64,000 nucleotides of DNA from Octopus vulgaris (taxonomy: Eukaryota), in assembly GCA_951406725.2 (NCBI GenBank), contig OX597818.1:40858001-40922000 (forward strand). The letters run 5' to 3'. Of the stretch, positions 14,459-28,426 are shown piece by piece; the stretch's first letter is position 1; each line of letters starts with the position of its first letter. A program made the translations under genes and the position numbers. The notes below the pieces were generated by a model. It had not been told where the DNA came from and made no database searches. It saw only the letters and a program-made list of their open reading frames with translations.

Positions 14459-14620
14459 TTCCTTCTTCTTCTTCTTCTTCTTCTTCTTCTTCTTCTTCTT
14501 CTTCTTCTTCTTCTTCTTCTTCTTCTTCTTCTTCTTCTTCTTCTTCTTCTTCTTCTTCTTCCTTTCTTTCTTCTTCTTCTTCTTCTTCTTCTTCTTCTTC
14601 TTCTTCTTCTTCTTCTTCTT
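14459..14620 (+). repeat. Long (TTC)n tract continuing into a polypyrimidine region
   Basis: Near-perfect TTC array with one short interruption; pyrimidine-rich sequence continues to about 14940. Confidence 0.95.
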
Positions 14621-14980
14621 TTTCCTCTATTTCTTTCTTTTCTTTTCCTACTTCTATTTCTTCTTTTTCTTCTTTTTCTTCTCTTTCTCTTCTTTCTCTT
14701 CTTTTTCTTCTCTTTCTTCTCTTTCTCTTCTTTCTCTTCTTTTTCTTCCTCTCTTTCGTCTTCGTCTTCGTGTTCGTTTCTTAATTCTTATTCTAATTCT
14801 CCAAAATCTTTATATGTTTTTTTTTCTCTCTCTTCCCCTCTATCCTTCTTTTTCTTCGTTCTTTTTCTTTCTTTTCCTCATTATTCCTTCCTATCTTTCC
14901 TTTCATTCTTGCTTTCAATCTTTCTCTCTTTATGTCTTCTTCTACCAAGCTCTACTGATCGGAACACAACTTTTATATAA

Positions 14981-15038
<58 letters not shown>

Positions 15039-15159
15039 TTAGGTATAAGTTTGTATGAGAAAAATGTATGTATGCCTTTATGTATGTGTACGTGTGTGTG
15101 TACACACAACTACAGAGACACGGGGATAGACAGACAGGCAGATAGATAGAGAGATAGAG

Positions 15160-15210
<51 letters not shown>

Positions 15211-15213
15211 GAG

Positions 15214-15267
<54 letters not shown>

Positions 15268-15384
15268 ATGACAAACACACACGCATACACATATGCACGC
15301 ACACGAATTTATGCCTATTGATTTCGGATATATACATTTCTATGCTTATATATATGTTATTGGATTCTGCTACGTGTGTATGTC

Positions 15385-15448
<64 letters not shown>

Positions 15449-15843
15449 TGTGTATTTAAATTTGTATGAATGTAATACCGTAAGCTTTTGGTTCATATGT
15501 GTTTAAAATACAAAACTGAAGTTTTTTATCTATTATCCATCTTTCTACGTGATTTTCTGATTGGAACACATGCGCACATATACATATACTCACCCATCTA
15601 TACTTTACATACATACATACAAATAAACAAACATACATACATACATATATATATACACAGAGAATCATTCATACACATACACACATATGTGTATGTATAT
15701 ATATACACATAAGTACATACATATATATATACATACAGGTTCCCTCTCGCTCAACCCTGTGTTGTCTCTTTAACTGTCCGTCTTTTTCTATCTCTTTCAC
15801 CAACACAGTATCTCTTTCTTGCATTTATCTTTGCCTATCTCTG

Positions 15844-15953
<110 letters not shown>

Positions 15954-16105
15954 AATCTATCTATCTACCTATCTATCTGTCTGTCTGACTGTCTGTATAT
16001 GTATCTATTCATCTATCTATCTCTTTCACACCCTCTATATTTCTCTCTCCCCTTCTCTCTCTTTGTCTCTTTCTCTCTTTCCCTCTCTCTCGGTGTATAT
16101 GCACG

Positions 16106-16145
<40 letters not shown>

Positions 16146-16461
16146 CAAATATGTATATGTATGTGTGTATGTCTATCCATTAATCTGTGTTTCACTCTCG
16201 TTGTCAATCTCCCTATTTTCTTCCTATTTCTGATTCCTTCCTTATTCCCCTTTTCCCTCTATGTCTCCCTTCTTTCTTTCACTCTTCTCCACTTCCCTCC
16301 TCACTTCGTCTTCGATTATTTCTCCCTACCACATTTTCACACACACACACACACATACACACACACACACAATCTGTTACTAATTCATTTTATGCAGTCG
16401 TATCATCACGACACACCAACACACACACATACACACACTAACGTGTATATGCCTGTCTGTT

Positions 16462-16506
<45 letters not shown>

Positions 16507-17096
16507 ATGTGTGTATGTATTGTAATTTTTTTTCAAAATATGTTTCTAAGTTCCTATACACACATATATTTCGCTTGTGTGATTTAGTGTTTTTTAATGC
16601 TACATCATGTATCAAACTATTCGTTATCCTTCTTTAATAAAGTTTTGCAACTTCGCACTTATTGTCTGACATCGAATTTTTACTTCAGAATCTCAAATGA
16701 ATGAAAATATAATATCTAATACATTTGTGTATGTGTGTGTGTGTATGCTTGTGTGTTTGTGTGTGTGTGTGTGTGTGTGCTTGTGTGCATATGTGTGTGT
16801 GTGTGTCTTTTAAATTATGATGTGTGTGCGAATAAGTAGGCGTATGAGTACATGTACTAAGGTTTGTATTCACACTATCGTTTAATCGATGTGTGTTCGT
16901 GATAGATGAGCTTACGCGTGTGTATCTGTGTGTACACGGGTATGCGCGTGTGCGCGGGTTTGTGCGTGTGCGCGGATTTGTGCGTGTGCGTGAGTGCTTG
17001 TGTTAGAAGGAGGAAGAGATTGAAGGAAGAAACGAAAGAAAGTAGCAGTCAATACATTTAGGAGAGGTTACAGAAGCTGAGTCAAACTGCAATTAT

Positions 17097-17133
<37 letters not shown>

Positions 17134-17457
17134 AATATTTATACATACATGCATACATACACGCATTTATACATACACATATACATACATACACACACAC
17201 ACACACATATTCGTTCGTTAGACATTTGGGATAATCGTAACTGTTTGACAAATGGTCACATGAAACTCTATGTAAAATTTTGTGAAGTTTTTCGGCTTTA
17301 ATAATTATATATATATATATCACCGTGATCACGGTGACCGACCAGGCTATCAGATGTTGCTACACATCGCTTGTCACAATGCGTTTCGCATTGTTTTAGC
17401 CTTTAAATGACGCCACCCCGCTGGCTAAGCGAGCAGGCCAATATACATACATATATA

Positions 17458-17587
17458 CAGGGTGTCCCAAAAAAATGTATACACACCTTAAATAATTGTA
17501 AATTTGTTATTCTTTGTAAGCCTAGTACTTATTCTATCGTTCTCTTTTGCCGAACTACTATGTGTATACATTTTTTGGGACACCCTG
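17458..17587. mobile_element. Tc1/mariner-type MITE with a SINE A fragment as its interior
   Basis: TA|cagggtgtcccaaaaaaatgtatacaca ... tgtgtatacattttttgggacaccctg|TA; TIRs of 27-28 bp differ only in A-run length. Confidence 0.9.
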
Positions 17588-18644
17588 TATATATATATAT
17601 ATAGAATAGTAAAATAGAATAATGGGTATAACGTCTGCTGTGTTCATTTGTATTATGAAGGAAATTTGCACTTGTTACATATATCGATATTTGATGTTCA
17701 ATATACTCGATGTTTCCTCTCTCCGGATGCAATCTGAACTCAGGAGGTTATAAGTAATGACAATATCAAAGAATTAGTTAATTTTTAGTCGGCATGTAGT
17801 GACTAATTCGTTTCTTCTACGCTGGATATAAAACAAACTGTTTGAGTTATAAACCGGCTTCATATACTATACAACGTTTGTTCCTTATAAAGGGATATAT
17901 TTGCTTGATAACAACATGATGGAATATTTTTATCAAATCAGTTCTTGTTAGAGTTTAGTCCTACGCTTCTGTTTTCCGAAATGCTGTGATTTCTTCCACA
18001 GTCGTATGTGTTTTGTAGTCCGCCGTTGCCTGCATAGCTGTGTGGTCAAGAAGTTCGTTTCGCAATTAAATGGCTGTTCTGAGTTCGATCCACGTTGAGG
18101 GAGCGTATATTCTATTGTAGCTTAGGGAGATTACTAATAAAGTGTGTTGGCTTTAATGTTTTAAGATGTTTATTAATAACCTGTTTTTTTTTCCTTTTTG
18201 TTTTTCACGTAAAACACTCTCACCTTTGCCATTAATACCATCACCACCACCAAAACCACCACCGCCAACACCATCATCATTGTCTCACCGTCAACTCTCA
18301 CCCCTATACTCACTGCCAGCATTCTCATTCATGTTTCACTACTACCCTCACCCGGTCCACTACCCCTGCCAAAAACATCACTACCACCACCACCATCATT
18401 CTCTCACCTCTACTTGCACGTCCATGACGACTACCAATACAACCACCACACCCACAATCACAACGACTACTAGCACCATTACCAACACCGCCGCCGCCAC
18501 CACTACCACCACCACCACCACCGACACAATAATGTCATCATTTCAATATAGCTGTATACCCGCCAATCCAACCGTTTTCACCCGAATCTCGTACTTATTC
18601 ATCTCCCCCCACATCTACCTCCACCTCCACCACTACCATTACCT

Positions 18645-18870
18645 ATTTCTTTATTACCCACAAGGGGCTAAACATAGAGAGGACAAAGAAGGACAGAGAT
18701 AGGTATTAAGTCGAATACATCGAACCCAGTGCGTAACTGGTACTTATTTAATCGACCCCGAAAGGATAAAAGGCAAAGTCGACCTCGGCGGAATTTGAAC
18801 TCACAACGTAACGACAGACGAAATACCGCTAAGCATTTCGCCCGGCGCGCTAACGTTTCTGCCAGCTCGC
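18645..18870 (-). mobile_element. SINE family B (tRNA-like head, conserved gcctttcatcctttcggggtcgat body, Tx1-like tail)
   Basis: Near-identical to 21334-21562; B-box-like gagttcaaattcc on the minus strand. Confidence 0.9.
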
Positions 18871-19117
18871 ACTTATTTTATTTCTGTATATTATCATGAC
18901 TTACACCACCCCCTACCCTACTAACACCACCATCCATCCGACCCCCTACGGCCACGACTGAAACAAATAAAAGGATGAAAAAATACGGCATGATTTGAGC
19001 ACGATCTGTGCATGTCCAGATCTGGCAGCTGAGGGTTTTGGGTTAAACTCTAAACCTCACTACAGTTTCAATTAATTTTTAAAAGAATGTAGATTTTAAT
19101 AAAATGATTTGATCATA

Positions 19118-19340
19118 CGTGGGGGGGGGGGTGCTGAAAAGTTCCTGGCTTTAAGGAAATCACGATGGTTCCGGTCAGATGCACAACCTTCCGAGTTCTT
19201 TTACTGGGTTTAAAAACATTGAAGGACCACTGCAATATGTGTGTGAATCTGAGAGGGGAATATGTTGAATAAAGTCATAATTAGCTGATCCTCCTCTATT
19301 TTCTGTTACAGAAGGCCAGGAACATTTTAGCACCCCCTAG
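19118..19340. mobile_element. mariner-type MITE
   Basis: ggggtgctgaaaagttcctggct ... gccaggaacattttagcaccccc TIRs after TA; partial copy at 19535-19645 and inverted copy at 32215-32430. Confidence 0.8.
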
Positions 19341-19344
19341 TCAC

Positions 19345-19515
19345 CATCATCATCATTGTTTAATGTCCGCTTTCCATGCTAGCATGGGTTGGATGATTTG
19401 ATTGAAGACTGGCGAACCAGAAGGCTGCACCAGGCTCCAATCTAGATCTGGCAGAGTTTCTACAGCTGGATGCCCTTCCTAACGCCAACCACTACGAGAG
19501 TGTAGTGGGTGCTTT
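19345..19515 (-). mobile_element. SINE/RTE-associated non-autonomous element with (TGA)n tail
   Basis: Minus strand ggttggcgttaggaagggcatccagctgtagaaac...gcatggaaagcggacattaaacaatgatgatgatg. The aagggcatcc.gc.gta.aa motif and TGA tail are typical of RTE-mobilised elements; the family assignment is from recall. Confidence 0.55.
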
Positions 19516-19944
19516 ATATACGTATATATGCAAAGGGGTGCCGAAAAGTTTCTGGCTTCAAGGATATCATGAAAGATTTGGTTGGAGGTCTAACCTTCCA
19601 AGTTCTTCTACAGGGCTTAGAAAAACTGAAGGACTGCTGCAACATGTAATTAAATAGGTTTTGGAACATAAAATCACAAAGTTTTAAAGAAAGGTTTTAA
19701 TTTAGATCACCTTAATAAAGGAAGAGTTTGTATAATAGAACCAAAGGCGGTCTGAGCTGGGTTGGTATCAGAATGGTTAAAGTATTAATATTTAATGATC
19801 TGCAGAGGTATACTAAAGAAATAAAACGTTTTATGTACACACTAACCCAATTTGTGCAACCAGGATGATGATGTTTGGTTATAAAGTTGGACAATGGTCC
19901 TGCTGCCTCCTTCACAAAATTATAAAACCCCATACTGTCTACAG

Positions 19945-20163
19945 CAGTGCTTTTCAACCTTTTTGCTGGAGCGGAACCCCAAGAAAACATTTCACTGGCT
20001 CGAGGAACCCCTGTGCAATAATTTAATTGTCTTATGCACACATATCTGCACAGGAGAATTAAAAATTACTGTCGATTTTAGCATTTTTGTAACTTCTTGC
20101 GGAACCCCTAGACTGTACTGGCGGAACCCTAAGGTTCCGCGGAACCCTGGTTGAAAATCACTG
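19945..20163. mobile_element. hAT (Charlie/Buster-type) MITE
   Basis: TIRs cagtgcttttcaacc / ggttgaaaatcactg; perfect 8-bp TSD gtctacag at 19937-19944 and 20164-20171 with central TA; repeated subterminal gcggaaccc motifs. Confidence 0.93.
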
Positions 20164-20559
20164 GTCTACAGTAATATTTAACATTGCTACAAGTCCATAC
20201 ATTCCCCAGGAAAATAATTAGTTATATTCATCAACATCATCAACATCACTCTCCATTATCGTTAACATCTAGTGTTACCTCTCAGCCCTTCTACCAACCA
20301 CCACTATCTTCACCATCACCACCACCTCCACCGCTATCATTACCGTCATCACCAACATCAACTACAGCAACTGAAGGGCACTTCAATGTGGGTTTTAGAC
20401 CTGCTAAACAAAGCAGCCTAACCGCCCTCAAATCATACTTTACTGTCTTACAATAAGAATACACAGGAGAATGGAGTACTGGATGTACAAAAAGACTTGA
20501 TGGCTATCGTTGGAGTACTATTTATTATAGGTCTGTTTGAAGGTCGACCGAGGGTTAAA

Positions 20560-20825
20560 TGATAACGACAACGACGCCGCCGACAACATCATTAAGGACA
20601 ACTACATTAAAACACCCGTCGTCTGATACATCACCATACCATCCCCTGCCATGACTACAGCTAGCACCACCACCACCACTACCACCACCAATCCCAACAC
20701 CACTTCCACCATTATTGCAAACACCTACACCACTACCAACAACAACCCATACCACCGCTACCATCTTTACCATAACTAAAACCACCATTACCACCACCAC
20801 TACCATCACCACCACCACCACCACC

Positions 20826-20872
<47 letters not shown>

Positions 20873-21330
20873 CATCGTTACTACTATTGCTTTCTCTATC
20901 GCCACCACCAATACAACCACCACTGCCGCAGTCACAACCACCATCGCCACCAGCATAACCACCACTACCACTATCCCCACCACTCTACTGTTATCACCAC
21001 TTACGCTACTACCACCAACACTGCAACAAAAAAAGCCAATCACAACCATTATTAGCACTTCCATCACTGCCACCGTTACCACTACCACTAGCACCAACTC
21101 ACTGTGGATCTGGGCGATTCATATAATTTTAATATAATTTCATCTCTGCCAATTCTATCACTACTATCGCCAACTCCAGCACCACTCTCACCATTATCAT
21201 CGTTATGTTAATCCATCTATGCACGACCAGCTTTAGCATTGCCACTACGATGGTCACCGCCACCAACACCCTACGAAAGCCTCTATGTACCACCGATTTT
21301 TGCCACCAGCACCACCAACACTACCAATAT
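20560..21330. repeat. Degenerate (ACC/ACT/ATC)n trinucleotide low-complexity region
   Basis: Pure (CAC)n and (CTA)n core at about 20780-20872 with decayed flanks; similar tracts at 18230-18640 and 20230-20370. Confidence 0.85.
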
Positions 21331-21333
21331 CGG

Positions 21334-21562
21334 ATTCTTTACTACCCACAAGGGGCTAAACACAGGGAGGACAAACAAGGACAGACAAACGGATTAAGTC
21401 GATTATAACGACCCCAGTGCGTAACTGGTACTTATTTAATCGACCCCGAAAGGATGAAAGGCAAAGTCGACCTCGGCGAAATTTGAATTCAGAACGTAAC
21501 GACAGATGAAATACTGCTAAGCATTTCGCCCGGCGTTCTAACGTTTCTGCCAGCTCGCCGCC
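21334..21562 (-). mobile_element. SINE family B, full length
   Basis: Minus strand ggcggcgagctggcagaaacgttag ... ttagccccttgtgggtagtaaagaat; flanked by a possible caatatc duplication. Confidence 0.92.
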
Positions 21563-21929
21563 AATATCACCACCATTACGATCTCAAGCCATCTTTGTAT
21601 CAGTACCAGTTTCTTCAACACTAGATCCACTGCTACCACCACCATCACCACCATCGTCACATTATGTTACCATCATTATTTCTTCCAGTTGCATCTGCTT
21701 GTCTGTTGCCTCCACCATATTTGATGAGAAAAGCAACAGGGGCAGCCCTTAATTGTCTTCAACCATACTAGGGGTAAATACTAGTTCTCTTCCAAAAATG
21801 AAACCTCACTCTGTGAAAAGCTGAAGGACACGTTCGACAATATAACCTTGGGATGGTCACGACTGGAACGCCTTCTGTAGCAGATCTTCAAGGATAGAGG
21901 CTAAATAATACAAACGCCAAAGGGATGGT

Positions 21930-22112
21930 AGCTTGTTATGTTAGAAGTAGTTGATAAGTTTCCATCAAAATCATGTCCTTCCAACTCAAATAAGGAAGGT
22001 CACATTGAAATATTTTGACCTAAATAACACGAGAAATACGGCAATGTCATGACTGGACTACTTTGATCATGGTCTGCTCAGGTTGACCTGGGGCTAACCG
22101 ATACAAACAAGC
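21930..22112 (+). repeat. Dispersed repeat family E (unclassified, old)
   Basis: Motifs tagaa.tagcagccaaatct ... atggtcatggctggaa.gcctttgatc ... gttgacctggggctaaac recur at about 1735-1875(-), 29455-29520, 30920-30970, 32130-32500, 49285-49460, 55660-55700 and 58510-58680. Confidence 0.6.
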
Positions 22113-23348
22113 AACTACATCAGCAACATGAACACCAATATTACTAGCAGCAACTACATCAGTACCAACACCACTACAACACCTCTTACGCCAGCAGCAG
22201 CACCACCACCACCACTATCAACAGCAACAAAAACAGTAACAACGATGTCATGAGCCAATGAGGGAGCTTCAATTTTTACTGCTCTGTCAAGGAGGGAAGG
22301 GAGGTTCCCATAGATGGTTTTTTTTAGGGCCCCCATGACTGGTAGGAGGAAGGGAGACAGTTACCCTTAAACTGGGACCAAACCCCAAATGCTTGCAACA
22401 AACTCACTCCACTAAGGACACCCAATATCCCTGTGGTGGAGAGAACACATCATCATCATCATCATTAAACCCTGGAGATTTCTGTCTCAAGTTCGAGGGC
22501 TCATGGGGCCAGTTACCGTGTTTCCATAGTATATAAATGATCGCGATCACAATACTTCACCCCCATCTTACCACCAGTCCGTTTCAGGACTATATTCTTT
22601 ATAAGTAAGTGAAATGGAGTAACGTGAAAAGATGTACTTTGCTCAAGAACAAAATGTACCACCAGGTCTGGAAATTGAAACCACAATCTTGCGATTGTGG
22701 CCACGCGCCGGTATGAAACTGAGAAACGGATTACGTCAACCACTTGAACATTCAGAACACAAAGATTTGGAGTAAATACTTCGAGGAATCGCTTACTACG
22801 CTTTTGCAATAGTGTCAATCTATAACCTTGGACTTTACCGAAAAGGATAAAGGTCGATGTTGGCCAAGACAGTATTTGAACTCATGAAATTGAGAACACA
22901 GTTGGATAATGTGGTTCTAATTTCGAAATAAAAACGATCTAGCAGTTCTTTTAATCTATCACTCTGGACCTTATCCCAAAAAGATAAAGGGCGAGTTGGT
23001 ATTTTAACTTACGACAACGAGAACCAAGATAAATGCCGCAGCACATTTTGTCCTTCGCTCGAACGAGTCTACAATTTGTCACTCGAGTTGCTACGAATAG
23101 CAATCAGACTTCATTGGAATCATACTCTACAGTCTGAAATGACTAAGAAAAGAGGCGTTGAACAATGCAGTCCCTAATATTACTTGGAACTTAAAAAACC
23201 GCCTTAAACTTTGATAGAAAAGGATTTCTTTTAAGAATTTTTACTCCACATTCCCCTCTTGCTCCCTTATTTTTTATTGCCTTTTATTAACGTTAATAAA
23301 CAACTAACACACCTTCTCAGTACCTAACGACACTCCTCTCTTTCTGTT

Positions 23349-23397
<49 letters not shown>

Positions 23398-23398
23398 C

Positions 23399-23497
<99 letters not shown>

Positions 23498-24526
23498 GCC
23501 TATCTGTCTATCTATGTGTTAATATTAATAAAACAATATATCAGGGTGGTGAACCACTAGAATCGTTAGCATCCCGGTCAAAATGCTTAACGGCATTTCG
23601 TCCGTCTTCACGTGTTCAAATTCCGCTGAGGTCGACTATGCCTTTCATTCCGTTGGGGTCGATAAGATAAGTACAATTTGAGCACTGTGGCCGATGCACT
23701 CAACAGCAATATAGATAAATACTGTAGAGTGTTTTGTCCGATGATTCCTACTCTATCTGCTATAAATAGGTACCATGACTAGGTACAGTTCTTTAAAACG
23801 AAACAAATGAAAATATTTGACGCATATTATATAATTATTATGTAAACTTCAATAATAAAAATAATTTCTGCATTGGCCCAAGGACGTTTGAGGACAATGG
23901 AAAAAATATTATCGGAATATAAAAACAGTAGGTATTTTCAAAGAAATAAAAACTAACAGTCATAGATATTAAATAAAATAACAAGGAAAGGTCACCTCTA
24001 GCGGAGGCAGCTACCAGTGGGGTGGGATGCAATGAAAGAATGCAACAGTTTCATTGTTATGATTACCCTGGATTACAGGCACCGTCTAAGAGCAGACCCG
24101 GTCATTCGAATCATGGTCACCGCTCGTCCCCACATTCCAGGAAATTTTCAAAAAGTCAACACCTGCTCTCCACTCTCTCCTTACTCCCCCACCTCACCTC
24201 CTTTCTATCCTTGCCTCCCCGTCCATCGCCTCTTCGTCTCCAATCTCACATTCGTTGCCACCTCTAAGGGGCTTGGTCGAAGAAAAAGGGTGTTAGTTTT
24301 ACTATCGTATCCACTAACGTGAGCAAAAAGTGATTATGGCGGAATATATCGAGTCCGTTACTGGCTGGTACTTTATTTAAAGCTAATATTAGTAATACTA
24401 AAGAACTAAAGCAAAATTTACTTCTAAAGACGAAGGTGATCACGGATTTGAAATGCTGTCTGTAGAGTGAGAAAAGAATTCCAATTGTGTGACAAGTAAT
24501 TGATTCCCTTTCACTTTTAGGTGAAC

Positions 24527-24835
24527 AGGTGGTTGAATCATTGGGGTATTCAGCCGTGTAAGGCCGTGTGTTTGATTCCCGGGGGTGCATTGTGTTCTTG
24601 AGCAAGACACTTTATTTCATGCTCCAGTACATTCAGCTGGCAAAAATGAGCAGTACCTGTATTTCAAAGGGCCAGCCTTATCAAATTCTGTGTCACGCTG
24701 AATCTCCCTGAATACAACGTTACAGGTACACGTGCCTGTGGAGTGCTCAACCACTTGCACATTAATTGAACAAGCAGGCTGTTCCGTTGATCGAATCAGC
24801 TAGAACATTCGTCGTCGTAACCGACGGAGTGCCAG
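24527..24835 (+). mobile_element. SINE with family-D-like head and a different 3' body
   Basis: gcattgtgttcttgagcaagacactttatttca...cagctggcaaaaatgag matches 57905-57972, then diverges. Confidence 0.65.
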
Positions 24836-25543
24836 TTTTGTTGTTGCTGTTTTCATTGGAAGAATATTTCAATATTTAAATTGCAGTTCAACAACGAAGA
24901 CGAAGGGAGGGAGCACGCTGATTGAGAGGAAGGAGTGGGTGATGAGGGAAGAGGGATAAGAGAATGGGAAGGGATCAAAGGAGGAAAAAAAGGACTAATT
25001 ATTAAAAGGGATAACCAGCGTCAGTCCGTACCTTTAGGCTTGCTAAGTTTATTTTTTGTGCTTCATATCATACATGTAACTCTCAAGTTATATATCTATG
25101 GGTTTGTTTAGTTAAGTTTGCCTCACGTCAATATTTAATCACTCCATCAATTACCCAATGAATCACTCGATCAATCAATCAATCAATCAATCAATCAATT
25201 AATCCCTATCTGTCTATTTAAGTTCACTATCACTATATCTTCTCTGTCAACCTACCTTTTACATCAATCAGACAATCATTATAGCTATCTTTATACCTAG
25301 GTAGATAGATAGGTAGGTATGTAGGTAGGTAGATAGGTAGGTAGAAAAAAGCTATCTGGCTTTCTACATAGCTTTTTTCTACCTACCTACCTACTTACCT
25401 ATCTACCTATCTACCTATCTATCCATCTATCTATCTATTTGTCTGCCTGTCTATTCGTCTGTCCGTCTATCTATTTATCTATCCAGCTATGCAGCATCCC
25501 ATCCGCGTATCTGTATCTATTGATGTATGAATCTACCTGCCTT

Positions 25544-25577
<34 letters not shown>

Positions 25578-26217
25578 AAAGCATTCTATAGGGGTTTAGT
25601 GGAGGGGAGGTACGACGACGAGCTCGGGGCGAACCTGGACGTCGACGAGGAGTACCTGACCCGCCTGTTCAGGACGACCTTTCGGGCCAGGGCCCATGGA
25701 CAACTTCCAGAGATCCCTGGCCTGGCAGTGCTACCGAGAAGCGCTACCCGTTCGGGATAAGCTCTACAGACACGGCTCGAGAAACACGGGGCCGACCTGC
25801 CCGAGATGCGGTCAGAGCGACGAAACCGTTCTGCACGCACTCGTTCAGTGTCCAACAATTTCCGACCTGTGGGCTTATGTCGAACAACTGCTGTCACGTG
25901 TGGGACGAGTCGGTTTATCAGCTGAGTCTATCGTCAATATTGTCACGCCTCCTTCCTTCAAACGGGAAGGAAGAGCTATTTTCATCATCCTTGTGGCTAT
26001 GGCGAAAGAATGTATCTGGTGGACGCGTCTGAAAGGATTGGAGACAAACACTTTCCTCTCTGGTCAATCTCTCATCAACTTCTTCAAGTACCACTTGAAA
26101 AGGAAAGTGAGAGTAGAGAGGCAAGTTTTGTCTAGCGAATGTTTTAAAAAAAGATGGGTGAATGTAGCAAGAATGGCACGTATGAATGACGAAGCCACCT
26201 TGAGCATAGTCCTATGA
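25578..26217 (+). pseudogene. C-terminal part of an L1/Tx1-clade ORF2 (zinc-binding zf-RVT region), 5'-truncated and frameshifted
   Basis: SLAWQCYREALPVRDKL...TCPRCGQSDETVLHALVQCP...LW...CIWWTR is the CCHC/IW..R signature of L1-Tx1 ORF2. The upstream KAFYRGLVEG... segment joins it through a 1-nt frameshift near 25680. Confidence 0.88.
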
Positions 26218-26499
26218 ACCCAGAAATCGAAAACAGAGAGTTGCTTATTTGCAAAAAAAAAAAAAAAAAAAGAAATATAAAATGTGACTTCATTGACCGA
26301 GGTTACCGTGGTCTTTTCCGTAGGCTTTTCTTTCCACGGGTAAACCTCACCTGTCCTCCCCTTTACACTTCATATTGACATTTCTGTGATAACGATCCCT
26401 ATTGATCAATTTTTTTTCCTCTCCTCCTTTTTTTTAAACCCCCTTTTTTTTGTCCTCTTTCTCTCCTTTTACGATCCCTTTTGATCGAAACTCCCCCTT

Positions 26500-26537
<38 letters not shown>

Positions 26538-26608
26538 CTTCAAAAGAAAAGCTCTACCTTGTAATTTGTTCTATCTGTGTGCAGCCCTGTGTGGCTAATA
26601 AAGAAACA
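25578..26608 (+). mobile_element. 5'-truncated Tx1-like LINE inserted in (TATC)n
   Basis: ORF fragment plus pyrimidine-rich 3' UTR ending cagccctgtgtggctaataaagaaaca; (TATC)n on both sides. Confidence 0.88.
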
Positions 26609-26643
<35 letters not shown>

Positions 26644-26646
26644 TTT

Positions 26647-26726
<80 letters not shown>

Positions 26727-27273
26727 CTAGTCTAATTGATGATGCGTAACCTCCGACGGCCCAAGTCAGGCAGGCCTTATAGATTATGCTATGTGACAAT
26801 CAGCTTGTCGGAATGACACCTTAACTGTTTGTCTATATTTCATTTGGGTTCTTTTATAGTCTCTCACACTTTTCCTCTACTCTGAGACTTAGTCTTTTAT
26901 TTATTTGGCACCCCCGTCTATCTCGATACACTTTAGTCAATCTGTCTGAATCTTGTTTGTTGGCCCGTCTCTCTGTTACTGTCACTGCAACTATCTCCTT
27001 CTCTCTCACTCTCTCTCACTCTCTTTCTCTTTCCAGCTCTCATTGGGGTGGGTTACACGCGTGTGAGTCTATGTATGGAAGCTTGTAAGTGTGTGTTTGA
27101 CTGTGTCTGTATGTATGTGTGTGTGTGTGTTTGGGTGTGTCTCTTTTTCTAGCATATACGGATGGAGAGACGCAAAAGTTAACGAAAACAATGTTAAGAC
27201 ATGCAAACCTATACCACTCGCGCTACCAGGATATTTTTAAAACGCATATAGAGATATGTGTAAATGGTCACAT

Positions 27274-27308
<35 letters not shown>

Positions 27309-27397
27309 AACCGATTTATGTTCGTCTATGAACAAAATAAAAATCAAAGTTTATAAGAATATATATGTACAGGAACAACACACGCACACACACACAG

Positions 27398-27467
<70 letters not shown>

Positions 27468-27477
27468 TTCGTTCGTC

Positions 27478-27792
27478 GCCATTTTTAAGCCTAGCCACGC
27501 TCATGGGCCCGGTTTCCCAATTTCTGTGGCGTATGTGTTACCCCCCAGCTGGACGGGACGCCAGTCCATCGCAGCGTTATTCAAGAAACAAGAAGAGAGA
27601 GATTGAGAGAAAGTTGTGGCGAAAGAGTACAACAGGAGTCGTCGCCCCCCCCCGCCCACTCCTGCCGGAGCCTCGTGGTACTTTTAGGTGTTTTCGCTCA
27701 ATAAACACACACAACGCCCGGTCTGGGAATCGCGAAACCGCGATCCTCCTACCATGAGTCCGCTGCCCTAACCACTGAGCCATTGCGCCTCC
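27478..27792 (-). mobile_element. SINE family C (tRNA head, V-domain-like 3' body)
   Basis: Minus strand ggaggcgcaatggctcagtggttaggg (A box) ... ggtttcg(c)gattccc (B box) ... gctgcgatggactggcgtcccgtccagctgggg; head-only copy at 46667-46760(+). Confidence 0.85.
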
Positions 27793-27983
27793 ACCGAAAC
27801 AAAACGAATATATATATAATAACAATTTAATGCATACATACATATATGTACATACCTACATCTATATGTATATATACATGCATATATGAGTACAGGACAC
27901 CACAAATAAATGTAGAACACAACGAGAAACGAAAACATAAAACCAAACACGGAAACGGCCTTTTTTTAACAACGAAAAAACAT

Positions 27984-28133
<150 letters not shown>

Positions 28134-28426
28134 TACTTAAAAAACTATGCACACTCATACACACTCGTGCACATACACACGCGTAGCCCTAAATGTCTAA
28201 ATGTCTACATTAACGCAAAATCTGCATGCACATACGCACAAGAGAATGCATACAGAAACTAGATTGCACACACGCAAGAGAAAAATGCATGCGCAGAAAG
28301 ACACGCTACACAGAACACACATAGTTACACGCACATATATGCACGCACAGCAGAATGTGCGAATATCCAAAGTACATTGTGCATACGCAATACAAAATGC
28401 GACATACATAAATATACATAAATATA

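Noticed and set aside
14389-15149. Poly-Ser / poly-Phe ORFs
   Set aside because: (TTC)n microsatellite.
20555-21137. Mucin-like Thr-rich / Val-rich ORFs (also 18166-18702)
   Set aside because: Degenerate (ACC/ACT)n repeat with no splice or domain support; SINE insertions lie within or beside these tracts.
27700-27792. tRNA gene (also heads at 28427, 46667, 57829, 63420)
   Set aside because: A and B boxes are present but continue into SINE bodies with no complete cloverleaf; these are SINE heads.
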